Positions 1 through 12,690 are shown, numbered from the whole stretch's first letter. The stretch is 63,130 nt of DNA, filler included, from Octopus bimaculoides (GCF_001194135.2; 5 parts of 5 records of this genome joined end to end with filler, not necessarily neighbours in it); one strand, 5' to 3'. The notes: a model not told the origin generated them from the letters alone. Numbers and translations are program-made.

Positions 1-52
<52 letters not shown>

Positions 53-545
53 CACACACACAAAAAATATGCATTTTAATCACATTTATATCGCCTATGT
101 TTTATATATATATATATATCTGTATATATTTTATATATATATATAACACCATATATAATGTATATCATATATATCAATATATATTTCATATATATATAAT
201 ACCATACACAATATATATCATATATATCAATATATATATATATCATCTTATCTATTTATATATGTATCTCATATATAAATGTTTATTATACATGTATATG
301 TATCCACCATATATATATATATATCATGTCATCATCATTTTTACATCCACATTTCCATGTGTCAGACGATGTATATATGTATCATATATCACCATAACTA
401 TCACCACATACATATATATATATATATATATATGTATGTATCGCCACATACACAGACACACATGTATGTATATATGTATACACACACACACATATTTATT
501 ATGTTTGTAGATATGTTTTTTGTTGCATGTATGTGTTTGTAGAAA
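1..545. repeat. (TA)n/(CA)n/(TG)n degenerate microsatellite field
   Basis: Directly visible; source of the spurious IYIY/THTH ORFs. Confidence 0.9.
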
Positions 546-599
546 TTTTAAATAGTGATCATAATTTTGTTTTTGTCTCTGAACATAAGTACATAAAAA

Positions 600-3500
600 A
601 TCACCTAACATGGAAATAGATGCAGAATAGATTTTTAAAATGTTTCATGCACACATATCTATTAACACACACACACACACACATACACACACACACACAT
701 TTTTGCACTATTTCTGTTAAATTAAAATCATAACCAACATACAAGTGTTTTTTATTATTAAATCTATGGTGACAGCTAATTTTGGTGGAAAACAATGAGG
801 AATGCATACAAATATATTGTTGCTACTTTGTGTTTTTATATAATATAATAAATTTCATGAGTGTAATTAAACAAGCTTAAAAGTATGAAATTTATCACAA
901 TAACAAGGGCTTTATTCTGATTTGAATACATTTAGTTTTTGCAAGATGGATCATTATTGATAAAACAATTAGGCGGTTGAATATAATTCAACTCAATGAA
1001 ATATTTGGATGCATCTATCTACTCAAACATATTCGAATTATTTTTTTTTTATCCTTGACGAAACATTTTAGTTATAGTGAAGAAAGAGAAAACTAAGATT
1101 GAGTAATTTATGAAGCCAAAGATGAATGTTTATATTTAAATTAGACATGGTTGTGATGCTGTCAATAAAATTAGGAAATGTTAGAGTTGTACACTACATA
1201 TTAAATGTGACAGTTCCAATGTAATGAAACATTTATAGCAGTTCTATTTAAGAGAAACAATTACTGATATTTTTTTTTTTTTGTTTAACATTAAAACTAT
1301 GCTATATGAAAGAAATAAAAGCCCTAACATGTTATCTCTATCAGTCTAAAATATTTAATGAAACACAAAATAGACAAACAAAATTAATTCAATGATTTTT
1401 TTTTCTTTTCTTTTTTTTTTTTCTTTAATTTACTGTATGTGACANNNNNNNNNNNNNNNNNNNNNNNNNNNNNNNNNNNNNNNNNNNNNNNNNNNNNNNN
1501 NNNNNNNNNNNNNNNNNNNNNNNNNNNNNNNNNNNNNNNNNNNNNNNNNNNNNNNNNNNNNNNNNNNNNNNNNNNNNNNNNNNNNNNNNNNNNNNNNNNN
1601 NNNNNNNNNNNNNNNNNNNNNNNNNNNNNNNNNNNNNNNNNNNNNNNNNNNNNNNNNNNNNNNNNNNNNNNNNNNNNNNNNNNNNNNNNNNNNNNNNNNN
1701 NNNNNNNNNNNNNNNNNNNNNNNNNNNNNNNNNNNNNNNNNNNNNNNNNNNNNNNNNNNNNNNNNNNNNNNNNNNNNNNNNNNNNNNNNNNNNNNNNNNN
1801 NNNNNNNNNNNNNNNNNNNNNNNNNNNNNNNNNNNNNNNNNNNNNNNNNNNNNNNNNNNNNNNNNNNNNNNNNNNNNNNNNNNNNNNNNNNNNNNNNNNN
1901 NNNNNNNNNNNNNNNNNNNNNNNNNNNNNNNNNNNNNNNNNNNNNNNNNNNNNNNNNNNNNNNNNNNNNNNNNNNNNNNNNNNNNNNNNNNNNNNNNNNN
2001 NNNNNNNNNNNNNNNNNNNNNNNNNNNNNNNNNNNNNNNNNNNNNNNNNNNNNNNNNNNNNNNNNNNNNNNNNNNNNNNNNNNNNNNNNNNNNNNNNNNN
2101 NNNNNNNNNNNNNNNNNNNNNNNNNNNNNNNNNNNNNNNNNNNNNNNNNNNNNNNNNNNNNNNNNNNNNNNNNNNNNNNNNNNNNNNNNNNNNNNNNNNN
2201 NNNNNNNNNNNNNNNNNNNNNNNNNNNNNNNNNNNNNNNNNNNNNNNNNNNNNNNNNNNNNNNNNNNNNNNNNNNNNNNNNNNNNNNNNNNNNNNNNNNN
2301 NNNNNNNNNNNNNNNNNNNNNNNNNNNNNNNNNNNNNNNNNNNNNNNNNNNNNNNNNNNNNNNNNNNNNNNNNNNNNNNNNNNNNNNNNNNNNNNNNNNN
2401 NNNNNNNNNNNNNNNNNNNNNNNNNNNNNTTTTTTTTTTTTTTAAATTAAAAAAATAAAATATATAGCCTGAAGCTCTTGGAAAATCCAAACTAACAATG
2501 GCAACCCATTTTTACATAAAAGTATTGAAAAACCTTCGAGTAGCTACAAAATATGACATCTTCAAAATAACAAGGTTTTATTACTAACTAACTTTAGATG
2601 ACTAAGTATAAGTAGTTCAAAAAATTGTTATCCTAGTATATTATGAATGCATTATTACATTAATATATTATAACTGTAAAGATATTTGCAGTGAAGTGAT
2701 ACTAATTATTATAAGCACCAATTCAAGATAGTAGGGTAGACGCTGTTAATGTCTCTTTTCAAATTCCAGCACATTTTGTTTAATATCACCTCAGGTTAGT
2801 ATATTTCTAAAATAAAAATTACGTTTTAAATTAAATATACAGATGTGAGAAATCTACCATTTCTTAATCATATACCTTTATTTATTTTAGTACAATTACT
2901 GTACAAAATTTACTGAATAGAAATTTTAATAAACTCAAACTTGGCTACGTTTAAAGAAAAGACACAACACATATAGATGTTAAATATACATTTGCACGAA
3001 GTTTTGCTTTATACACACAAACATAGATATACACAGACACACGTACATATATGTATAGAGACATACACATAATTATACAGTCATATATATAGATAGATAT
3101 TTTTATATACATATGCATATATACATAGATATTTTATATACAATGCATATACAGGTATTTTGGTATATGAATACATGTATAGTTTTACATATGTATGCAT
3201 ATATGCAAATAGATATTTTTATACTTGTATATAGGTATTTATATACATATATGCATAAATGTATATGAATACTTAGATATTTGTATACCTATATATAAAT
3301 AGTTCCAGACACATATATACATAAACGTATAAAGATATTGTTATATCTAATATTTTCATACATGTATACATATATTCATATAGATATTTTTATACCTGCA
3401 CATAGATATATATATATAAAACATACACAATAAAAAAAAAAGCATTTCAATATTTGATTAACCAGCTGACAAAATGTCGGTTAAATGGAAACATAAAAAG

Positions 3501-4134
3501 ATGTTTAATAAAATAATGGGTCCAACTTTCGTTTCTATAACTCATCTTGCCTTGTAAAAGTAGGATATCAACAGAATGTGTTTTAAAAGTTTGATAATAT
3601 TTGTTGGTGCATTTACAGAATATATACCATAGATATTCTGTAACCTGTTCCTGTTCTAGTTGGTTTTAATTTTTGTGTATATGTTTGTCTATGCATACAT
3701 ACAAGAGGTAAAAGTGTGTGTATGCCAATAAAGATGTACCACAGATATTATTACCATCATCATCTGTAACGGTACTTCTTGGAATTCATAAACATATCCA
3801 TACAGATGTGCATATGAATATCAATATCTCAAATTCAAGGTAGTTATAAGCATAATCTGTACTTATTTACTTTAAATGTGCATCTGTGCATGTGTGTGTG
3901 TGTGGGGGGGGGGAAATAATCTTTATTACTGTATAAGTCCTTTTTTTTTTTTTAAATGGAAATTTCATTTAAAAACAAAAACATTAAATATAGGTAGAGA
4001 AATTACAGTATTTAACAACAATAAATTCCCTTGATCAAACAATGAAAGAAAACCACCTGCATTTAAAGAATTTAGATTATAAAAAGAAAAAGTAATATAT
4101 GTGTGTGCATGTGTTGTATGTGTATGTAGGAGAA

Positions 4135-4167
<33 letters not shown>

Positions 4168-4545
4168 AAGAAAAGGAGAGAGAAATTAATTTAAATTTAA
4201 TAAAGAAATTAAATCTAAAATTTTTGTAAACTAAAAATAACTGCCAGGAAAATTCTCTGTAAACAAATTCAAAATGAATAGTTCCTCAGAGTGTACAACT
4301 TTCCAAAGTTTTCCAACTGAGAAGAGATTTGTGAACAGTACTGAGAAGGGAGGTAACAACATCCAGTTATTAATTCACAATATTTACAATGAAATCACAA
4401 CAATTTCAATTACTTTCCACCCAAAAAAAAAAAACTATTTTGCATCAAAGTTTACAGAAATATTGATTAGTATTAATTGGCTTACAGAAATACTGATTAA
4501 GATTAGAAGTAGCATCTACAAGTAACACTATGTTTATGCGTGTGC

Positions 4546-4604
<59 letters not shown>

Positions 4605-6049
4605 TATATTGCATACAAACACAGTCACACACACATATATATATATCTATGACTTAACTAACTACCACATCTCCACAATTAACAATAGCATTAGGAAGAA
4701 AACACTTCATATTGTGTTTTAACAATAACTACATCTTCTCTCATGCACACACACATATATATATACACACACACACTATTTCTCCATCTCCCTCTTTCAT
4801 TCATTCTTCTGCTTCTTTGCACCAATACTTTATCTCTCCGTTTTCCAAATCACATACATCAATATATCTAATAAGATTTTGTTTATTTACTATCTAGTAA
4901 AAACAATAAGCTACATGTAACAATTATTATTGCTCAAAATGGTAGTGGTCCTGTAAGTGGAATGCCATTAGGAATGCCAGAAGAGAACACTTAGCTTCTC
5001 TCAAATCCTAATGGTTTCATTCATTGTCAAACAATTATCAAAACTTAACCACACCAAACAAATGTCATTAGCACATTTTTTTTTTAATAATTAAAATTCC
5101 ATTTTTAAATAATGTTTATTTTTTTCCATCTTTTAAATATATTATAATTTTAGATAAACCATTATCGCATCTAAAATATCATTTTATAATATATTAAAAT
5201 TATTTGGGTAATTTTAATAGTAATCAGAGTGAAACAGTCATGTCGAACAAAACAAGCCTTACTGAAGAATTTAGAATTTACTGTTAATTCCTTGCTTGAT
5301 AAACACCAATAAAAGTTTAGGTGAGTGATGACTGGTTGTCAATTAAAATTTAGAGCTTTGGTGTTTTGGAAGGCTAATTACTAGTGCCCATCAATAAAAC
5401 ACGACCTTATTTATATTTGCACTATTTGCAGCAAATTGACAATGTTTTTAAAACCAACTAAGTCTCTAAAAATGTTAGTGGTCACAAAAAAAGAAATGTT
5501 CATAAACTATAAATTTGTTTATTTCAATACACTTTTTTTTTTACATTTTGTTATAAAAAAATACTGTTTTTTCCTAATGTGTATAACTGCCTAATTAGAT
5601 CATAAAATTGTAACGAGCAGTTTTGCTAAAGGAATACACACCATGTATGGTTTCCAATAATAATAATAGTACTAATAATAATAACAATAACAATATAACA
5701 GCGATAACAGAATCACTTTGTGTAGATTTCCTTTAGCGTTTCATTTTATGATTGGTATTTTAGTTGTAATTATCATTATTATTATTATTTATTATTAGTG
5801 ATAATGTTCATTGAACAGTGACCATAATTAAACATTTGTAATTAAGAAATTTTTTGTTAGTGGTATTAATTGCAATGACAATGGAAAATGCTGCTACTGC
5901 TGCAATAGTTTGTTTTCTTCCATTCATCAAAAGTTATCTTAATCTTCAAATCATTGTCCTAGGGGAATAAATGAATGTTTGATCTAGCTGCAATATGTAC
6001 TTAATGCACATCTCTGTGTGTCTCTTTCTCTCTGGCACAGTTCCCATGA
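600..6049 (-). other. Putative long dynamin 3' UTR / downstream region
   Basis: Follows the stop codon; AT-rich, CpG-poor, no recognisable SINE/LINE copies; several AATAAA on the minus strand (e.g. 5523-5518, 5120-5115, 3927-3922, 2886-2881, 916-911, 756-751). True end unknown. Confidence 0.35.
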
Positions 6050-6116
6050 TCACTGAGGACGCTGTGGCATCGATGGTCGCTCAGGGATCCTGGGTGGAAT
6101 ACTAGGGATTGGGCGA
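6050..6116 (-). CDS. DNM1: Dynamin terminal coding exon
   Basis: ttttcttaatttCAG acceptor (6119-6117), phase 2 compatible. Encodes (L)RPIPSIPPRIPERPSMPQRPQ then TGA at 6052-6050. Confidence 0.88.
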
Positions 6117-6704
6117 CTGAAATTAAGAAAACAAAAAGTAGATAAATATATATAAAGAAACAAAGACCAATTTAGAATCAGATTACAATTAATGTAGAAT
6201 ACCTTCACAAGGAGAATTAACAAAATTACAGGAATTATTAGAATGAAGATTGCACAAAGATTATTCAACTGGGCCCAGTCATATGACTTATAATGTAGAT
6301 ATAAAATGACAAAAATGTAAACTGCAAAGAAAAATGTGAAAGAAACTAAAGAGAACTGAATAGAGTATTCTTTGTAGAGTGGGCAGTGGGAATTGGAAAC
6401 AAAAGTTTTGGAACCTGATTACATCCCTTTATGCAATACAACTTCTATTACCCCAAGCCAATGAGAGAATCTCTAATTGGTTGGTAGAGCAGCCTGCTAG
6501 AAATAGCAGTTGAATCTCCCTCAACACAAACCATGACATCTTTAAAAAGGGAAAACATTGGACAATCCAGTGCTGGTTATGCAAAAAGGATGGGATGGGA
6601 TGGTCATCTTTGATCAACAGTCTTCATAGGCTATGAGTAACATACCCCAACCTCTTAACACATGAAGAAAATGTACAGCACAGTTTGAGTAAGAGAACTC
6701 TACA

Positions 6705-6847
6705 TTATTTACATTATTTACATTTGACGGATATTTGTCCTCATCTTGTTTGTTGTTGACACATTTCGGCTGATATACCCTCAAGCCTTCATTAGGTGTC
6801 TTGGGGAAATTTCGAACCTGGGTACTCATTCCTAAGGCATTTTTCGA

Positions 6848-6882
<35 letters not shown>

Positions 6883-7140
6883 TCACTGCCGGGAATCAAA
6901 CTCAGAATCTTGAGGTTAGTGGCCCGTGCTAATAATAATAATAATAATAATAATATCGAAAAATACCTGAGGAATGAGAACCCAGGTTCGAAATTTCCCC
7001 CCCCCCCCNNNNNNNNNNNNNNNNNNNNNNNNNNNNNNNNNNNNNNNNNNNNNNNNNNNNNNNNNNCCCCAAGGCACCTGATGAAGGTTGGCAGCTATAT
7101 CAGCCGAGGACAAATATCCGTCAAATGTAAATAATGTACA
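6705..7140. repeat. Fold-back of two inverted copies of a SINE-like repeat with hammerhead-like tail
   Basis: 6705-6880 is the reverse complement of 6930-7140 (GGGGAAATTTCGAACCTGGG..CTCATTCC..TTTTTCGATATT vs AATATCGAAAAA..GGAATGAG..CCCAGGTTCGAAATTTCCCC; ACATTATTTACATTTGACGGATATTTGTCCTC vs GAGGACAAATATCCGTCAAATGTAAATAATGT). Loop 6880-6929 is a tRNA-like head fragment on the minus strand. N gap 7009-7066 lies inside the right arm. Confidence 0.85.
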
Positions 7141-7819
7141 TAATTCTTCATCTCTTAAATATAGAAGAGAACTCTAGTTTAAAACAAATATGCTATTTTA
7201 AATTATTAAAAAACTTTGAGGGATTTAGTTAATATAAGTCAAAGGAATGTAAAAACTGGTAATCAAGGGCAGAAACTGTCTGTGTTCATGGTTGTGGTGA
7301 GTTGATGAGCAAAGGTTTCCTAACCATTCAAATAGCTTTTTTTTAATATAGTTTAGATAGTATTTATGCAACAGTTCCTGTACCTCAGAAGTGTAAGGAG
7401 TATTCTCTAATGTATTGTACACTTACTCTTTACGGTTCAATAGATGATCAGACTCTGAAAATGAAGGCTTAGGCTTCTACTAATGCTGTTTTGGCTATAG
7501 TTTTTTTTTTTTTTTTTTTTNNNNNNNNNNNNNNNNNNNNNNNNNNNNNNNNNNNNNNNNNNNNNNNNNNNNNNNNNNNNNNNNNNNNNNNNNNNNNNGG
7601 GGGGGGGGGGAGTACCGATCATAACAGTAAGTGCAAGGATTGTAGAAAGAGGGACAAGAAAATGGGTGATGATAAGAGGAAAGATGAGTTAGTTGGAATG
7701 CTTGAATAAGGTGGCATGAGAACAGCCAACTCCAAAGAGCAAAGGCCACTTTGTAGAAAAGGGGGTTTTGGCTGGATTTAACAGTGAATGAAAAATGAAA
7801 GAAAGTATGAATTACTTAC

Positions 7820-7978
7820 AGAGGCTGACTTGACATGTGCATAGCAGCCTGTGGAGCATCAGGAGCTGGTCTACTTGGGACCTTTGGTGCAGGTCTACTT
7901 GGAATAGATGGCGTAGGTACTGGCCTAGAAGGTGGCATTGGCGGCCCACGAGGTCTGCTTGGTCCAGGTGAAGAAGGC
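7820..7978 (-). CDS. DNM1: Dynamin exon: proline-rich domain
   Basis: ttttctttAG acceptor (7980-7979) and GTAAGT donor (7819-7814); 159 nt, phase 2-2. Joins the 24326 exon in frame: (R)PSSPGPSRPRGPPMPPSRPVPTPSIPSRPAPKVPSRPAPDAPQAAMHMSSQP(L), with repeated PSRP motifs typical of the dynamin PRD. Confidence 0.92.
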
Positions 7979-8554
7979 CTAAAGAAAATGATTATAAGTT
8001 TTGTAAAGCAACAGATTTTGTGGATCAAGAATTCAATGATTGAGAAAAGGAAAAAATAATACAAGTCACCAATCGTTAAATCTGACCTAAATTAAAACAA
8101 ATAAAAATTGATCAATTATATTTTTTGGGGTGGGTGAGAGAGTGCTTCAATTGTATAAAAGTCATGTTATTTGAGCATAATTACATATATTACAGCAGAA
8201 ATACATATTCTAAAACTCATACAAGCAGTAACTATCAAAGATATAAATCAACATTTCTGATTGTTGTGACATACATAATTACTTTCATATTCAACAGCCT
8301 GAACAGCAAAATATGACTGTCAATCAGTTAACAAGCAGGAACTGTTAAGCATTTTGTTCATAGATCATTTATTTAAACTTAGCTTCACCTTTCATTTTAA
8401 CCCCTTTTCATACCAAACCCATCTAAAACCAATTCTAGTTCTATGATACAAAACTGCTCATTTTTAAATGTTCACATTACATAATTTGATTTCAAATTTT
8501 GGTACGAGGCCATTACATAGTTTGATTTCAAATTCTGGTATAATTTTCAGGTAG

Positions 8555-8715
8555 GGGTAAGCCGATTAAATCAACCCCAGTATTCAACTGGTAGTTATTT
8601 TATAAGCACCCACCCCCACCCCGAAAGGCAAAGTCAATCTCAGCAGAATTTGAACTCAGAACATGAAGATGGCTGAAATGCCACTAAACAGTTTTCCCAG
8701 TGTACGAACAATTCA
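8555..8715 (-). mobile_element. SINE family A, CpG-decayed copy
   Basis: GAAAGGCAAAGTC..GAATTTGAACTCAGAAC matches the copies at 34280, 50390 and 51873, with CG changed to CA/TG. Confidence 0.75.
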
Positions 8716-9179
8716 TCATAATCTACTGAAAGCATTATAATGTTGACTTCTAAACAGTGGCTTAATATACAAATTAATGAGAAAATTAGCTATGTAACTA
8801 AATCCCTCTAAATTCTTCAGTGTTTTCAAAAGCAACTGAAACACAATTGTATATTTTTTTTTAGAAATATGGTTATGAATAATTCAAGAATATCTTAAAA
8901 AATTAATTTTGGTCAGTGATAGAGATACAAATAGAACCGTAATTCTCACTCACTCTGCATTAACAAATGATGTGAGTAGAATATGCTGCTAAAATCACAA
9001 CCACAGTCTGTTTACCAGTGATTAGGCTTCACGAAAATCCAGCAGAGGCAATAAATCTACTGAGAATTTACTTAACAGTACAGAATTTTATTTAAAACTA
9101 CTACTACAGATGGTATTACTATTAGATCTAATCCTACAACTATTACTGCACCTACAAGCTAAAGAAGGTGCCTCTACAT

Positions 9180-9370
9180 GGTCACATGAACAGCTGAAAA
9201 TAGCAGCCAAATCTCTCTCCAATTATACCTGATCATCTTAGAAAAGGAGGATAGATTGGATTGTATGGTCTTGTGTGTACTGTGTTTAAGAAAAGGAAGT
9301 GATGGTCATGGCTGGAACACCTTTAACTATAAGTCTCCTTAATTAAGGCTGACCTGGAGTTACACAACAA
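9180..9370 (-). mobile_element. Old SINE-like repeat family D
   Basis: AAATAGCAGCCAAATCT..GATGGTCATGGCTGGAACACCTTT..GGCTGACCTGG; related segments at about 18850-19030 (-), 30760-30960 (+), 31690-31850 (+) and 62240-62320 (-). Boundaries approximate. Confidence 0.55.
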
Positions 9371-10633
9371 GAACAATTATTGTACAATAATTGTTATACA
9401 AAATGGGTCTTTTTATTATTACAATATTTAAGTACCATAGCAAACTAGTGTGGTTGAGATGTGTAATACAGGACTTCTTCTCTATTACACAAAAGAAAAC
9501 TAATAAGCTGGCCAGTTAAAACATATTTGAAACTGTCTCAGATATCAAAGGCAGAAACAAAGGATATAAAGAAACACAACGGATTATGAATAAATCTTGA
9601 AACTAGACTAATAGGTAGATTGCTAAAGGAACTGGAATATTTAAATGGTAGCTATAGGCATTTTATGTGTTCAGATTAGCTTACATGCTGGAATGACTTG
9701 GAGAACTCTCACTGGAAAAAAAATATTAAACAGGCAAACATTTAAAACCGTGTTCAACAATGAGGAAGGCTCAAAAGAAGTTGTAAGAAAACTGAATATA
9801 GTAAATGATTAGGCTGAATTTCATTAAGTTTGTACCAGTAATTCTGCAATTTTTTGTATTCTATGATAACCACTAAGCACATAGATATTTGCCATCAGCT
9901 GTGAAGAATTAAAAAAGGAGCAACTTGTTTCTACATTGTTGCATCATCAACCTACATTAAAGAAATTCAAAGCAAATTGCAGTTATTGCAATTCTATAAA
10001 ACATTTCCCCTATTTTCCTAGCACAGATCAAACAATTTTTCCCATTGCTGGTATAAGTGGTTTTTTAGGCATCCCCTGCCTTTTCTGGGGTTTTTTTTTT
10101 TCTTTTAAGATAAACATTTTTGCTTGGGTAAAGGAGAAGGTGCACTGACTCTTGAAGGTGCCCCTGACTGGTAAAGTTGAAGTTGACATTCAGTTAATAT
10201 TTTTGTGGGGTCATATCTGTAGAGAAAACAGGAGGCAGATCCACAAGTCTGTAATGGTTTGTGTGAAGTGCTTGGTACAGGGTTTTGCCAGGTGAAACAA
10301 TTAGAGTGATGAGAAGAAAGGTGAGTAGGTCTGATGAACAGTTTGCCAGCTTAGGCCCAAAAAACTATTGTCATATTACGAAAAAACACAAGAGGCAGTC
10401 TAGTACCATGGCTGTGGTGCAGTAGTATGTGAAGATTTGTCGATCACATGACTTTGATTTTTAATGTTGTCTAGAATGTTCAAGTATATGGCAATTGTCT
10501 GTTCCAGGAATGTGAACAATACTGTAGTGTAAAGTGGAATGTGTGCTTTGTAAGTCAGTTACTTTACAGAGGTAATAAATTTTCATGTTCTAAACCTTTT
10601 TCATATCAACCTACCTGAGACCAGGTTCTAGAA

Positions 10634-11077
10634 CAAGGGTCACCAAACTTTTTCAACCATTGACCCCCTTTAGCCACTTCTCCTTCTGCATCGACCACCC
10701 TCCTCGTTTAAAATATCTTAATACCCTACCCTACCATATCATCTTAAATGCATACTGGGTACTGATGCTGGCAATTAAAACATTAGCTCAAATATAAATG
10801 TGCGACAAATTAAGAAATTCTATTGAAGATGACACATGTTTTACATTTAAAACTATATGTATACAGTATTAGACTTTCAACTTTTATGAAATTGTTTTCA
10901 TGGTTAGAAAATGTGAAAAGCACATCATGTTGCTGAAATATCTTTTATTGAAATTGACAACATCAATGTGAGGGATGAGCATGGGTGAGCTGGTTTTTCG
11001 CACGCCAACCCCCATTCGACCCCTTAGCTATCATTGAACTCCTGTAATTCCTCTCAGGCCCCCTTTGGCAACCCCTG
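10634..11077. mobile_element. hAT (Charlie/Buster-type) MITE, 444 bp
   Basis: TIRs CAAGGGTCACCAAA / TTTGGCAACCCCTG; perfect 8-bp TSD TTCTAGAA at 10626-10633 and 11078-11085. Confidence 0.88.
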
Positions 11078-12459
11078 TTCTAGAATATAAACTATCTATT
11101 TTAAAATGTTTGTGTTTAAATTTAAACCTTCAGTCATAATTTTATGTAGGAAGATTCTATTTCCAAACATTAGCTTAATAATGAAAATGATATTTATTAA
11201 ACTGCTCCAAGTTCTTGATTCTTTACTAAGATAATGGAAATACATTCACTGTGCATTTCATTAGAAATATTGTCATGCTAACATACAGTTTTGACTCCAT
11301 CAGCAACTGTGTGATCTAAAAGTCATTACTAGTTAATTCTAAATTAATTATTGAGCACTCCCACTGAAAAATATTTCATTTAAATAAAGTAGGATGCNNN
11401 NNNNNNNNNNNNNNNNNNNNNNNNNNNNNNNNNNNNNNNNNNNNNNNNNNNNNNNNNNNNNNNNNNNNNNNNNNNNNNNNNNNNNNNNNNNNNNNNNNNN
11501 NNNNNNNNNNNNNNNNNNNNNNNNNNNNNNNNNNNNNNNNNNNNNNNNNNNNNNAAAAAACTGGCAAGGCTGGCCTTCTTCGGAGCATGTTTAGCGTGCA
11601 TTCTTCTCTATAGAGCTGAAACTTAAATTATGAAGAAGCTTCAAGATTGCCTTGATGGTACATACTCCAGGCTACTATTGTTGTTCAATGCAGAGTAGGC
11701 TCTGCTGGTCACTGCCATTGTACTAAACACCAGAACATAATGGATATTATATTTTTTTAAACATCTACACACCACTAAAAAAAAAAAAAAAAAAGCACTA
11801 GTGGATAGGTTGCTCATGATAAGAGATGAGTGTGGAGAACATAACTATGTCTGGAGACACACCAGAGCTAACAAATTACATCAGAGAGATATAGAAAGAG
11901 TGGGAGATACAAAAAGAGCAAAGTGATTGGAAACCTCAAATTCAAAAATTGGGTGAAGCCATAAACAGAGCTTCAGGTACCAAATGTAGGTGAAGATTTT
12001 GCTGATGGATAACTTTTTCAAAATTCCCAAAGATAAACTTAAAAGTGGAAGCTGTAATTTTTCTTTTCCTTCATTATCCTATCGATCAACATTTGGAAAA
12101 TTGTTTCTCTATTTGATTTGATATTAAATGATAATATATCATAAGAATATTAGTTTTTTTTTTTTTTTTAATGAATGTTTTACACTTTAATACAATTTTA
12201 AAAAGGTATAGGCATTGCTTCAGTTTAACTTGCAAATAATTTGTATAGTTTTAATCCCTAAAGTGAAGAAAATATAGGAACTCAATTAAAATAAAAGAAG
12301 ATAGTCAACTAAGTTGAATTTAACTGTTAAACTTTAACATATGTTTCTAGATAACTAAAATATTTTACAATATAGTCCATGTATATACAAAATACTAGAA
12401 ACTGAAAGAAAAAAATCAATTTTACATTCAATAAAGAAAAATATTTTCCTGGTGTTCCG

Positions 12460-12690
12460 TAAATGTGTAATGTCCACTTTCTCATGCTTCCACGGGTCAG
12501 ATGGAGTTTATTGAGGCAGATTTTCTATGGCTGGATGCCCTCCTTGTCACCATCTCTCACCTATTTCCAAGCAAGATAATATTTCCTTATTACTAAACCT
12601 GCTTACGTAGAATACTGGAAATGAGTGACACTGCTTGTATGACAGTGATACTCGTCTACAACTATCACATGATGCGAAGAGAAGGAAACA
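12460..12690 (-). mobile_element. Degraded RTE-LINE/SINE 3' tail
   Basis: TTTTCTATGGCTGGATGCCCT and TCTCATGCTTCC are the reverse complement of the tail at 23870-24025. Boundaries approximate. Confidence 0.6.
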
